Of a stretch of 64,000 nucleotides of DNA, positions 1 to 13,071 are shown one piece after another. The DNA is from Octopus sinensis (taxonomy: Eukaryota): contig NC_043000.1 in NCBI RefSeq assembly GCF_006345805.1, positions 125,860,001-125,924,000 on the forward strand. Reading direction: 5' to 3'. Each line of letters starts with the position of its first letter. Within the stretch, counting starts at the first letter, position 1. The translations under genes and the position numbers were made by a program. Under the pieces are notes generated by a model, which saw only the letters and a program-made list of their open reading frames with translations, was not told the origin of the DNA and ran no database searches.

Positions 1-1897
1 TGTAGGAGCATCATGTCACCATACAAGGTTTCTCTCTTCTCAATGTGACGCATTGCACCTGAAGCTGCAGGGGAGAAAACTCATATAGTGACATGATGTG
101 CCTAAGCATGCTAAAGGTTAAATATACACAATACTTGCCTTCCACCTTTGTGAGAGGATGTTACCTATGTATCTACTACTACACCTGTTCCTCTGAACTA
201 TCAAGCTGTATCCCACTTCTACTTAAATCCACTTTGAATTTTGTTTTGTTTCTCAGTAGGGTCATTATGCCAGTAATAAACACATGCACTGGTTCTATTT
301 CACTTTTATTATTATTATTAGTCAATTTGTTAACATTTAACCAATTAACTCCTGTCACTCAATTAGATAAGTTTGTTAAAGACCTTTTGTCACCATTTGC
401 AACCTCATCACTGACATGCTCTCTCTCTACTCCAGGTCAGTTTTCATGTCTGTCAGATTCCACACTATACAGCTCTCTAATCTGTCTTACCTAAAATCTC
501 TCTCTTTCTCATTCCTAGTCACTGTTTATAGGCAGGTATTAATCTACAGTAGTTGTTCAAGTTGAACATAAACTTCATCAGCCTGGGGAGTTTGTAAGGG
601 TCATGGACACCCTCCTCCTCTCTTTTGTAACTAAATTTTTAAAATTTAAAATCAAATGTTAAATTTGCCTTTAAAATGATAGTGATGATAGTGATCATGA
701 GTCTTTTAGCATTCCAATGCATATATTCTTCTTTTTTAATATTTTTTCTAATTAAACGGTTTTAAGATCATAACAAGAAAGTAACATTTGTGTATTAATT
801 CTAATTATGCACCAGCCTCAACTTGTTAACTTTTTTTTTATAACCTGCTAATCAGTGCAAAACTCAAGCTGGACATATTAGGATATGAAGAGAAGTTCTT
901 GCTTTATTCTCAGTCCCGAGTGACTGACTAGAATGAATGTTCTCTGCTGTTAATATTCCTCTATTTTCTCTGTTCTTTGCTCAGTTATTACTTTACTAAT
1001 TCCGATCATAGAAAAAAAATCAAATGTCTTATGTAATTATAAAAAAACTGTGTTGGCTGTAAGAATCAAATTATTTTGTTCTGTACTTTTATAATCAAGT
1101 GACTGGATAAGCCTAATCATGCAACTAGCCATGAAATAAAATTGATTTCTTTTGTCAGCGCAAAAAGATCTGGTCTTCTGTTTCTGTTCTGTGAGAATAA
1201 CAACTAGAATGTTATTTCATTCATGCTTTTCCATAAAGCATGTCAACATGAATCAAATAACTTTTACCAAGAAATTACAACTTTGTCTACACCATACTCT
1301 GAATTATCCAGGAACATGATCTGAAATTGTACGGGTCAATAAAAAAAAAAGTTAGCTAAAGGAAATAAACAGTCATCCATCCATCCATTTTCTCTACCCA
1401 CTATTCTTGGAAATGTCATGGGAGTAGAGTCCTTGGGCACTTTTTCTGCATGGCCCTACCAGAAGGAACTGTCATTACACTTTTCAACTGGATTTCCAAG
1501 CGTAACCAACCGAGACTATGGATATTATCCAGCCATCTCATTCTTGGTCAACCCTAGGCCTCCTGCCAGCTGGCTTGGTTTGAAGAATCCATTTACTAAT
1601 TCTCTCCTGCAACATACTGACCACATATCTCCAGTACTGGATTTGTGGTCCCTGAATGCAAAGTAGCAGCAGTTTGACCTGGAGAGGCACTCTGATCTTT
1701 GAACTATGCCTCTGTGAATTAACACTATTCCAGAGATCCACTTGTATTCATGATCACATACTTTTGGTAATTATCTCATTACCACAGGTGAGGATAGGTA
1801 AAAAGAGTTTGTCTTTTTTTTGCTCCTCTTTTGAGGATCAAACTTTAAAGCTGGCACATCACTTTAAATTCTATTTCTTTTTTTAATTATTTTCCAG

Positions 1898-2009
1898 ATC
1901 CTTAACAACACTTGGTCTAGTTATATCAGCTTTAGCTGACCAAGCTGCTGGGAAGAACAAGAATAAATTTGTACCATACCGAGACTCTGTCCTGACATGG
2001 CTTCTAAAG
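1898..2009 (+). CDS. KIF13A: Kinesin-3 KIF13A/KIF13B (Khc-73) orthologue, internal exon: motor domain (K)[37 protein letters not shown]
   Basis: Acceptor tttccag| at 1897 and donor AAG|gtaatg at 2010. The exon is 112 nt, phase 2 to 0. It contains the kinesin motifs [12 protein letters not shown] and [12 protein letters not shown]. The paralog (A or B) cannot be resolved from this sequence; it is a co-orthologue. Confidence 0.96.
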
Positions 2010-2150
2010 GTAATGTCTATATGTCTATAGTTATTGATTCTACTATTCTGTTGGTATTTTTTCTCTCTCTTTAAATTTTCTAAGTAAAATTTTAAAATAA
2101 TTTCATGTTTATTATTTACATTTGACGGATATTTGTCCTCATCTTGTTTG

Positions 2151-2196
2151 TTGTTAACGTTTCAGCTGATATATCCTCCAGCCTTCATCAGGTGTC
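2151..2196 (-). ncRNA. Degenerate minimal type I hammerhead ribozyme core (minus copy)
   Basis: GACAC-CTGATGA-A-GGCTG(gaggatatat)CAGCT-GAA-ACGT-T. The palindromic ACGU stem III and GUU triplet are present. The 3' strand of stem I is missing. Confidence 0.55.
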
Positions 2197-2497
2197 TTGG
2201 GGAAATTTCAAACTTGGGTTCTCATTCCTAAGGTATTTTTCGATGTTGTTGTTGTTGTTATCGGCAGCGGCGGCGTCATTATCATCATCATCATCATCAT
2301 TATTATTATTATTATTAAGGTCACTGCTTGGAATCTTGGAGTTAGTAGCTCACACTCTTAGCCACTACGCCATATGCCTGTGGGCTACTAACCCCAAGAT
2401 TCCGAGTTCGATTCCAAGCAGTGACCTGAAGGATAATAATAATAATAACATCGAAAAATACCTTAGGAATGAGAACCCAGGTTTGGAATTTCCCCAA

Positions 2498-2536
2498 GAC
2501 ACCTGATGAAGGCTGGAGGATCAGCTGAAACATGTT
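2498..2536 (+). ncRNA. Degenerate minimal type I hammerhead ribozyme core (plus copy)
   Basis: GACAC-CTGATGA-A-GGCTG(gaggat)CAGCT-GAAAC-ATGTT. It has the CUGAUGA and GAAA core and stem II. The stem III/cleavage triplet appears deleted. Confidence 0.55.
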
Positions 2537-3141
2537 AACAACAAACAAGACGAGAACAAATATCCGTCAAATGTAAATAATATACATAATTCCTCATCTC
2601 TTAAATATAGAACTGAATTTCATGCTTGTTCCATTACTTTGAATCTTATTTTTCTGCAAAATTTAATGAAAATTTACTGTCATAATATATATATATTTCA
2701 AAAAACATATTGGAAAGAATTCTCTTGATACAGTCTCAATATTTGAAGAAAGATTTTCTTAAATTAAAAATTATTAGTTATGTAGAAGAATCTTAGAAAA
2801 ATAGAAATTTGTGTTTAACACTTTCTCTGTTTACAGCTTTTCAAACACACGTTATGGGGTAATCTGTACATAGGAAGTTGTGTTCTTTGAGGGGTTTTTT
2901 TAATTCAAGAAAATCTGTCTTTATGTATCATCATTATCATATATATATTTACTTTCTGTTAACTTTGGAGAAAGGTTGAATGAAGTTGAAAAAACTTTGA
3001 TAAACATGAATAGCCTACAGTTTTATAAGTTTATTTGAAGAGAAATTATTTTATGTACTAATGTACTAATGCTATAGCTAACCTAAATAGATTTACAGCT
3101 AAGAAGCTGTCATTGTGCTAATATGAGTCATATCTTTACAG

Positions 3142-3354
3142 GACAACCTTGGTGGTAACAGCAAAACTGTGATGGTAGCTACTGTGAGCCCAGCGGCAGA
3201 TAACTATGAGGAAACACTTTCCACTTTGCGTTATGCTGACCGTGCAAAGAGAATTATAAACCATGCTGTGGTAAACGAAGACCCCAATGCTCGTATTATT
3301 CGGGAGCTCAGAGAAGAAGTTGTTGTATTACGTAACCAACTCAGCGAAGCTCAG
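3142..3354 (+). CDS. KIF13A: KIF13 exon: end of motor domain, neck linker and neck coil ([71 protein letters not shown])
   Basis: Acceptor tttacag| at 3141 and donor CAG|gtaaag at 3355. The exon is 213 nt, phase 0/0. It contains [16 protein letters not shown] and the kinesin-3 neck [17 protein letters not shown]. Confidence 0.97.
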
Positions 3355-3836
3355 GTAAAGATTTTCTATCACTACACATGTGGTATATTTGTACATTGAC
3401 TTTAAACTTGATATATAATATTCTGTTACTCGTTTTCAGTTAGTGGACTGTGATCAAGCTGGGTCACTGTCTCGAAGAGTCTAGTTGAACAAATCTACCC
3501 CATGACTTATTTTAAGTGTGATATTTATTTTGTCAGCCCCCTTTTTGTTGGACCACTAAGTTGTGGAGATGTAAAAATACTGACAATAGTCATCAAGTGG
3601 TGAGGGTTGTGAGGACACACATACACAACACACAACAGTCCCACACAGTTCCCATCTACCTAATTCATTCATTGTTTGGCCCAAGATCATAGTAGAAGAC
3701 ACTTGTTCATGGTGCCATGCAGGGGTTGTGAAGTGAACTGCTAAACCACACAGGCATGCCTGTTGCTATTAAGTCCATATTTCTGCCCCAGTTGTGTTTT
3801 TCCTTACCGCTATTTTGCAGAAAATTTGTTGATATA

Positions 3837-4243
3837 GGTGCAGGCCTGGCTGTGTGGTAAGAAGTTTACTTCCCATCCACATGGTCAAGGTTCAGTCCCT
3901 CTGCGTGGAACCTTCAGCAAGTGTCTTCCACTATAGCCTTTGGCTAATCAAATCCTTCTGAGTGGATCTGATATATGGAAACTGAGAGAAGACCATTGTG
4001 TGTGTGTGTGTTTGTTTGTCTGTATGTCTGTTTCTTTATGTCTATGTTTGCCCCCAATAATGCTTAACAACTGATGCTGGTGGGTTTATGTCCCCATAAC
4101 TTAGCAGTTCAGCTAAAGAGATTGTAGTAGAATAAGTACCAAGTTTAAAATATAACTATTGGGGTTGATTCATTCGACTAAAATTCTTCAAAGCGGTGCC
4201 CCAGCATGGCCACAGTCTAGTAACTGAAACACATAAAAGATGA
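3837..4243 (+). mobile_element. tRNA-derived SINE family A (about 400 bp)
   Basis: Head ggctgtgtggtaagaag...ggttcagtccc, body gcaagtgtcttc...gagtggat...cagcatggcc, and tail gactgaaac..taaaaga. Many copies occur in the window. Confidence 0.8.
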
Positions 4244-6168
4244 ATTAGAAAATCATTCGATGCAAAAATTATGACTTCCTATCATGTCAGACTACGAAAT
4301 ATGTGGGTTACAGTTCGGTTCTATGTAACAATGAAATGTTGTTTAGCCTCAAGTTAGCCCTTATTGAGCAGATCTATGACTGAAAGTGTTCAAGCTGTGA
4401 AAATCTCATTATTGTCTAAATTATACTTAAGATTCCATTAATACACATTTGATTACACATATTCTTTCATTTCTTGAGATGGTAGATGTGGTTTGCAAAA
4501 AATTCAGCTGCTGTTTTTAGCAGTCATGAAATGTGAATACTGAATGTAAAAAAAAAAAAACATTTAATCTAAAATAAAGTTGATTCAAAGAAAAATGGGT
4601 TTATAGGAATTATTTGTATCATGGTAGGATTCTGTATTATTCACATGATATTATCACATGATAATCAATAAAAATAGACAATGAGATCATCAGTCTCATC
4701 ATTTAGTGTCCACTTCTTTACATGTGCATGGTTCAGACAGAATTTGTAGTAGATATTCTACAGCCAGATGTCTTCCTGTTGTTGACCTTCACCTGTTTCC
4801 AAGCAAGGTAATGTTTTCCACAGAATACAGGAAATAAACGTCAATTGTATGATGATGATGCTTGCTTACAACCATTGAGTGAGGTCAAAAGACTAGGTTA
4901 CACACACACATACATGTATGCACATGCACACATACATACACATATATAAAGATAGATAGATGCCATGTAAAAATCACTCAGTATACTCTGTAAAGTGGTT
5001 GGAGTCAAGAAGGGCATCTAGCCATAGAAACCATGCCAAAACAGACAATTGGAGCCTAGTGCAGCTCTCTTGCTGGCCAGCTTTTGTCGAACCATCCAGC
5101 CCATGCCAGCATGGAAAGCAGACATTAAATGACGATATACATACATACATATATATATAGTAAATCTAAAAAGAACAAACACAAAAAAACAACAACGAAA
5201 GGACGTGGTACATGTAATGTACTACCATACGCTCAGGAAAGGAAAGAGAGATGGTTTAACATTTTGAGCAGGCGCTCTTCTTTGGAAATAGAGGAAAGTC
5301 CAATAGAAGGGAAGACGGAGGAAGTAAATCGCCTAGTTTCCATCTACCAAATCCACACTCAAGACAGTGGTTGGTCTGAGGCTATAGTAGAAGACACTTG
5401 CCTAAGGTGCCTTACAGTGGAACTGAACCCAGAACCACATGGCTGTCACACAGGTTTATTAATCACACAGCCATGCTTTTGCCATGCACTGTGTATCTAG
5501 GATTATGTTGCATAATAACTTGCTTTTTTGTCTGTGGTAGGGTGTGCTTAAGCTACTGTCAAGCAGGCCAAGCAACCATTTAGAGGGGCCCTCGTTAGCT
5601 CATAATAACATTAAAAGTGGGGATTTGTGCAGTGTTGGCAATCGTGAGATTAAGTGAAACTATTCTGAATAGCAATGAAAACCAGGTTGTGGACTTGGCT
5701 TTGGCAAAAACTTACTCGAACGGCATGAGCATATCTGTTCTTGAAGAGTATAGATAATAAAACATATAACAATATTATCTACATTTGAAGTATAGATAAT
5801 ATATATGAATCACATGAATATTTACATTCCAGCTATTTCTTATATTGTGGATATGCAACCAAAGCGGTTTTTTTCTTCTTTTTACCTTTTAAAAAAAAAC
5901 AGTGTTTTTAAAGATTTTCATGATCAAGCTATATTTACTTGTTGGATATCTATATTCTTAACAGAACACAGTATCTCTTCTGCTTTTTTTTATCCTCTTT
6001 TTTTTTTGTTCTTATTTTTATTACCTCTCCCCTCCCCCTTTATGTATTTTTCTCTCTCAGCACCAAGCCCAGTTTTATTTATGCGCCTTGTGCATACAGT
6101 TTTTCTTTTCCTTTTTTTGTTATTTAGCTATATTTACTGCATCATCATCATCGCCATCATCATCATCA

Positions 6169-6204
<36 letters not shown>

Positions 6205-7988
6205 ATTATTAGCTGAGACATGCAGGGGAAGATGTTTTAGTTCCATTGAGCATAAGTTGCTTTTTATTATCTTATTGTAATTTGTATCATATTTAGTAAC
6301 TGGATGGAATCTTTTATTGTCTTTTTGTGCGTGTGTATGCATGTGGAACATCTCCCTTATAAAGCAAAGAGTTCCAGTTATTGTTCGTTGACAAGGCAGG
6401 TCTTCTTCGTTTGCTTTTCTACACATGGCAGTAGAAGTAGAAGCCGACTCCTCCAGCGTGAGAGGCTGCAGCCTTCTATCAAGAAGAGGGTAACAACAAT
6501 AACAACACAATGAGCAAGAACAAAGCAATAATAACAAACATGATGTAAAGCCAATCAGGGAGCTACAACATGATTGCTTCTCTTGCTAGAAATTGCAGTC
6601 AGTTCTCCCTGAAATCAGATCCCACTGCTGTAGTCTTAGGTACTTCTAAAACAAACATCAGTTTGTTATACACACATCTGTGAAAAGTAATGAAGTTTGA
6701 GATACAATATGTCTCAAGAGAAAGGAGAGACAGGATAAACACAGCTGGAACATATTTGATCACAATTGAGTGCTATATCTTGCCACAGGTTGGTATAGAT
6801 AAATTATGTAGTAGGGGTTTAATCAATGTGTTTACGTGACTACTGAAATTCTCTGTCTGACTACTACTGACCGCTACTATAAGACTCCAGCTAGTCCATT
6901 CTTGCAATCCGCCAAGGGGTGTCAATGACTCTCACCAAAACATTGACCTACAGCTAATCAATGACAAATACAGCAGTAAGAACAAAGATAATGGCAGTTT
7001 CAGCAGAAGTTGCTTAAAATCAGACCAAGATTCAGCCCTGAAACATGTCCAAGAAAGTAAATGAGATTGACAAAAGTGATAAAATGATACATCACAACCA
7101 GGCATTGTTATTTTCTCAACAAAGATGAAATGGAGTGTAACAAAGGGCAATTACAAACCAAGCCAAAAATGATATGTAAATGCAACATGTAGTCTTCCAG
7201 CTTGTCTAGAAAAGTAGTAAGTGTTAGCAACAGGAAGAGTATCCAGCAGTGAAACTATGTCTCGTTAATATATTCATTTGACATTTGCTAGCATGGAAAG
7301 CCAGATGTAAAAATGAATGAAGAAACAAACAAATGTGTGTGCACATCTAAATATGCATGTATATGTATATGCATATATGTGTGTATATACATACATATGT
7401 GAGTGTATCATCACCATTTGCACCCACTTTTCCATGCTTGCATGGATCACATAAAATTTGTTGAGCAGATTTTTTACAGCTGAATGCTCTTCCTGTCACC
7501 AACACTCACTTCTTTCTTTACATACATATCTGTGTGGGTATGTATGTGTGTGTATATTTGTATAGTATTTAGTGGTTATCTTACATTTAAATTTTATTTC
7601 TTTTGATATTTTTCCATTTATAAATCAACCGTTAACTTTTAAATGATCTTGTCATCTGTCAAGACTTAGTTTTCTTTCCATCACCAACTAAAATCTGAAA
7701 TATTATCGCTTTATCCCCAGTCATAAAACTAAGAAACCATAAAGCTAGGAAACTAAGTTTAACATGGCAGTCTTTGCAAAATGTTCTGTTGTTACATCCT
7801 ATTTATCTTTTCTTGACATAACTCTCTAAATGGCTAAACCCATCATCCACAGTGTTCCAGTTAGGACTGAATGATCAACCCATTATTTTTCTTCCCTGTT
7901 AAACATAGTAGTGTGGGATTTGAGAAATATTTGGCTTTTATTTCTAGTTGTTTTAGTGACCACATAAAATCCCCTTTATTGGTGTGTG

Positions 7989-8021
<33 letters not shown>

Positions 8022-8026
<5 letters not shown>

Positions 8027-8243
8027 CTTTACTACCCACAAGGGGCTACACACAGAGGGGACAAATAAGGACAGACAAACGGATTACGTCGACCCCAGTG
8101 CGTAACTGGTACTTAATTTATTGACCCCGAAAGGATGAAGGCAAAGTCGACCTCGGCGGAATTTGAACTCACAACGTAACGGCAGGCGAAATACAGCTAT
8201 GCATTTCGCCCAGCGTGCTAACGTTTCTGCCAGCTCGCCGCCT
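8022..8243 (-). mobile_element. tRNA-derived SINE family B (about 230 bp)
   Basis: The minus strand reads ggcgagctggcagaaacgttagcacg...gagttcaaattcc (B-box)...ttgtgggtagtaaagaaat. Confidence 0.8.
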
Positions 8244-8596
8244 TACTCTGTGAAAGTTTCTAGTTCGAATCACACATGTCTCAAAATGTTCTGAAGATTT
8301 TCTATTTTGGATATATTTGGGGTACTTAGGTCTGCTCAGGACTTAGGGCTTGCTTTTTCCATGGGTATGAGTAAGTATTTCATTTATGTCTTACGTATTT
8401 ATCGCTGAGGAGGAGAAAATTCTTCTGAATTAACTCTGAAATTGGGACCAATACGGTAATAACGGATTTTTTAGAAATTTCTATTGGCTTGTTTTGAGAC
8501 GCATTAATTATAATGGTTATTGACAATTTTGTCTTTTTTTCGGCATATTTGGCCTTAGAATTTTTCTTTTGCCCTTATTTTATAAGTTGATGATGA

Positions 8597-8635
<39 letters not shown>

Positions 8636-8947
8636 TTGACACATGCCTTTTAGTAACACTTTATATAGTTCCACTATTATCTCCCTTCTAAACCGCCTCT
8701 CTAGACTACAGCTGCTATTGTTCAGTCAAGGTAATATTTCTGTTGTCACACATGTACAAATGTCACGATTGTCTGAACCTACCTGCCTCTATGTAAACAT
8801 AGATTGATTTTCATGCTCATCTTTCATCAATTATTATGGATTTGGTGGAAATGCTGGTAGTGGGGTGTTAGTATATCACCTATGCTTCTGCTTCTCATTC
8901 TGAAATACTGATATTAGAATTCCAGAAAGACAAGCTTCTCACTTTTC

Positions 8948-8978
<31 letters not shown>

Positions 8979-8994
8979 GCTTCTCTCTCTCTCC

Positions 8995-9026
<32 letters not shown>

Positions 9027-9462
9027 TTCACATGAGCAACATTTATTCATGTATTCCAATTTCTGTTGACAATAAACACCAATATCGATATGTCATAAAG
9101 TTCCTAATATGTCTACCAATATGGTGTCATCTGACGTTAGTTACCATAGATACAGCAGAGATCTGAAGACTTATTCCATCTGAAGTGACCATTCTTTTAT
9201 GTTTAAGGACAGAATATATGGTTTTATTTTATTTTATGGGACTAATTTGCTTTCCCAAATTGTCAATAATTGGAAAGGCTTCCACGGTTAATGCTCGGTA
9301 CAACTGTAGCTTCAACTTTAGTCGATGATAGTTAGGAATCAAATTGAAATATTAAATGCTTTTATCGTTACTAATTGTGTTTATAATACTAATACATATT
9401 TGTAATAATTCATTATAGTAGGTATATACATATATAGGTGTGTGTGTGTATAAATATAGAAA

Positions 9463-9869
9463 CAGGAATGGCTGTGTGGTAAGTAGCTTGCTTACCAACC
9501 ACATGGTTCTGGGTTCAGTCCCACTGCATGGCACCTTGGGCAAGTGTCTTCTGCTATAGCCTTGGGCCAACCAAAGTCTTGTGGGTGGATTTGGTAGACA
9601 GAAACTGAAAGAAGCCCGTTGTATGTATGTGTGTGTGTGTCTGTATTTGTGTGTTTATGTTTGTCCCCCCACCACCACCACCATCGCTTGACAACCGATG
9701 TTGGTTTGTTTACGTTCCTGTAACTTAGTGGTTCGGCAAAGGACTCTGATAGAATATGTACTAGCCTTACAAAGAATAAGTCCTGGCGTCAATTTATTTG
9801 ACTAAAAGTGATGCTCCATGCTCCAGCATGGCTGCTGTCAAGATGACTGAAACAAGTAAAAGAATAAAA
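9463..9869 (+). mobile_element. SINE family A
   Basis: Full-length copy with the same head, body and tail. Confidence 0.82.
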
Positions 9870-10090
9870 TATATATATATATTAGTCATTAAACTGTAGT
9901 CATGCTGGGGCACCACCTTGGAGAACTTTCAGTCAAATGAATTGTCCCCGGTATTTTTTCTTTTTCTTTTTTGTTTAAACTTGGTTCTTATTCTGTCTTC
10001 CCTTGTTTGCTAAACTGCTATGTTACACATATGTAAGCACACCATCTTGGATGGGGGGGGGGGCAAACAGACATGTACACACACATATGT

Positions 10091-10139
<49 letters not shown>

Positions 10140-10144
<5 letters not shown>

Positions 10145-10219
10145 AGATAAGAAAATGGAGAAATACATCTAAATCAAATATTTGATTTAGATATATTTCT
10201 CCATTTTCTTATCTTGTAT
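10140..10219. repeat. 80-bp loopless palindrome next to (TA)n
   Basis: 40-bp arms with 1 mismatch, centred on caaat|atttg. Confidence 0.9.
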
Positions 10220-11930
10220 TAGTAATTGTGGTAAATCATTTTACCTTTGCCCATATAATACAGTAAATGAATTGATTGCATCGCAATCCTTAACATTTAT
10301 GTATTAACTTTGTTGGGTACTTCACTAGCAGTATATTGGATATATGTTATCCCATGGAGGGTTGCATTTACAACCCCTATCTCAATTTGTATATATATAT
10401 ATATATATATATATACACAACAAGCTTTTTTAAGTTTCCATCTACCAAATCCACTCAGAAGGCTTTGGTCAGCCTGAGGCTATAGCAAAACACTTTTGAC
10501 CAAGTGTCATGCAGTGGGACTGAACTCAGAGCCATGTAGTTGGAAAGTGAGCTTCTTACCACACACACACACACAAACACACATGCAACAAGCTAGTTTG
10601 TTTCGGTCTGCCAGATCCATTCTCAAGGCTTTTTTAGTCAATCCAAGATTATTGCAGAAGACACTTTTCTACAGTTACTACACAGTAGGACTGAACCCCA
10701 AATGACTTCTTGACATTCAGCCATACCTGCACCTGCTTGTGTGTGTGTGTGTGTTCCATTAATGCCATGTATGTCATATCTCAGGTGTGCACATATAACC
10801 ACTTCTTCAGGTGACAAAAAATTCATTACATCCAAATATATTGGAACGAAAAAATATACACCAGCAATTATTGAGAAGTTCTAACGAATAGTTAACTTTT
10901 TCCCAATGAAATTATTATTATTTTTTTACTTTGTTATTCTAATATATCATTTCAAATTGAAACCAGTAATTACTGGATATTTAATCTCTTGATCTCTGCG
11001 TATTGACTGAAATGTAATGATTGAACAGAAAGTATATTATTATATTACGGTTATTGCTAATGTTAGAGAGTAAAACTGTAATGGAATCCATTAGTGTGAA
11101 ATGGTAACGACGTTCAGTAAATTAAAGCTGAAAATTTATGTCTGGCTTTTGTGAGATTAGAAATAGAAAGGAGTCAGTGAAACCTGATGAATTACTGTTA
11201 TTTAGACCCTGGGGCAGGCCTGAATGTTGCGTCAACAATTGCATGAAATCAGGGCAAACAGCTCCAGTGTTCGTTGCCAGGTTATCATTGCAGCTCTTCA
11301 GATGAGAAATTGTATAAAAGATTATCAGAACAAACACGGAGCCATTTTGAAGAAACTAAGAAGAAACAAGATTTGTGTTGATATTTCGGCCTGCATTCCT
11401 TGCAGTTAAGCCCATTGAAGAATCTATCTCTAACCAGCAGAGATATAATCAAAGGTGTTTCATCCATAATAGACACCCTCTTTTGCTCTTGTATTGTATA
11501 TCTAGGACTGTTATCATAATACATCTTTCACTTTTGAAAGCATTTGGGTGTCATTTCTGGGAAATTTGGCTACTGTTTCTAGCAGATTCAGCAATTACTT
11601 TGAGCAACAGTAGAGAAACTCTCAGCAACATTCCAATTTGGGGCATGCTGATAAACCCTTTGAAAGCCCTTAAGCCTTAAAGCGAAAGTTGTAATTTAAT
11701 AGAAGTTGCATAGTTATGAATTTGAAGAGAAAGCCAATCTCAAGTCACTGAGCCTTATGAAGGAGATAACAAAGAACTGAAATATTTGGTGCCTTGCTGT
11801 ACACAAGAAGACCTGTCCACCACAGCAGAATTGATACTGGCACTGGTGCCATGTAAAGAGTATCCAATACACTCTGTAAAGTCGTTAGTGTTAGGAAGGG
11901 CATCCAGCCATAGAAACCATGTCAGAACAG

Positions 11931-12374
11931 GCGAGCTGGCAGAAACGTTAGCACGCTGGGCGAAATGCTTAGTGGTATTTCGTCTGCCACTACATTCTGA
12001 GTTCAAATTCCACCGAGGTCAACTTTGCCTTTCATCCTTTTGGGATTGATAAATTAAGTACCAGTTATGCACTGGGGTCAATGTAATCGACATAATCCCT
12101 TTGTCTGTCCTTGTTTGTCCCCTCTATGTTTAGCCCCTTGTGAGCAATAAAGAAATAAGAAACGTTAGCACACCGGGCGAAATGCTTAGCGGTATTTCGT
12201 CTGCCACTACATCCTGAGTTCAAATTCCACTGAAGTCGACTTTGCCTTTCATCCTTTTGGGATTGATAAATTAAGTACCAGTTACACACTGGGGTTGATG
12301 TAATTGACATAATCCCTTTGTCTGTCCTTGTTTGTCCCCTCTATGTTTAGCCCCTTGTGGGCAATAAAGAAATA
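11931..12374 (+). mobile_element. Head-to-tail dimer of SINE family B inserted in a family C repeat
   Basis: Two monomers, flanked by the identical 19-bp direct repeat agaaaccatgtcagaacag (11912-11930 and 12375-12393). Confidence 0.82.
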
Positions 12375-12794
12375 AGAAACCATGTCAGAACAGACAATGG
12401 AACCTGGTGTAGCTCCATAGTAGCTCCTGTCAACCTACCCATTCTATGCTAGCATGGAAAACAGACATGAGGAGGACAAGGATGATACATACGTTTTTTC
12501 AGCAAGCACACACAAACACATACACACACTTTTCACTACCTGGAATTCATCCATGAGATTAAAAAGGTTTCCCACCTCCAATGTAGAATCTCTCTTGTTG
12601 GTGATACTGTTTAACATTGATCATGCTTTATCCTACTTTCCTAAAAATAGGACTTTGAATACTGTCAAGTAGAACTTTGTCTTTGAGAAACAAAAAAGAA
12701 AGAAAAAAAATGGACTTAGAAAAATTTTTTTTTAATGAATAGAAATTATGAACAGATAACCATTTTTTCATTCTTTTTTTTTCCCCTTTTCTAG

Positions 12795-12905
12795 AGCATG
12801 AAAGCACCTGACCTGAAAGATCGTCTTGAAGAATCTGAAAAACTTATCAAAGAAATGACAAAGACCTGGGAAGAGAAGTTAGCTGAAACTGAAAAAATAC
12901 ATCAA
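12795..12905 (+). CDS. KIF13A: KIF13 exon: NC-CC1 hinge and CC1 (SMKAPDLKDRLEESEKLIKEMTKTWEEKLAETEKIHQ)
   Basis: Long pyrimidine tract plus ctag| at 12794 and donor CAA|gtaagg at 12906. The exon is 111 nt, phase 0/0. It contains the kinesin-3 motif LEESEKLI.EMT.TWEEKL and the hinge proline. Confidence 0.95.
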
Positions 12906-13071
12906 GTAAGGAAATAATTTATCTTCTTAGTTTCTTGGTAGAGACACACCAATATCTGATTTTTATTTTTTTATTTTCATCAATACATATTTCTGACCTT
13001 CCTAAGTAACAAATATATTTAAATATTTGGGAATCAAAAACCTTCAATTATATCTATCTATTTATCTATCT

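Larger units (their letters stand above)
2111..2615. mobile_element. Self-inverted short retroelement with a tRNA-like (Pol III) head and a Penelope-like tail with hammerhead core
   Basis: The minus copy (2378 to 2111) starts with A-box TGGCGTAGTGG. The plus copy (2379-2615) has B-box GAGTTCGATTCC. The arms are reverse complements. The element is flanked by aatttcatgYtt at 2099-2110 and 2616-2627 (11/12 match, putative TSD). Confidence 0.75.

Noticed and set aside
6199-6537. Protein-like minus ORF (DRRLQPLTLEESASTSTAMCRKANEEDLP)
   Set aside because: No recognisable domain, non-ATG start, and no supporting splice structure.
11100-11680. Possible decayed hAT-like transposase remnant (LQLSSD..., VDISAC)
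   Set aside because: The similarity needs several assumed frameshifts and cannot be supported without a profile search.
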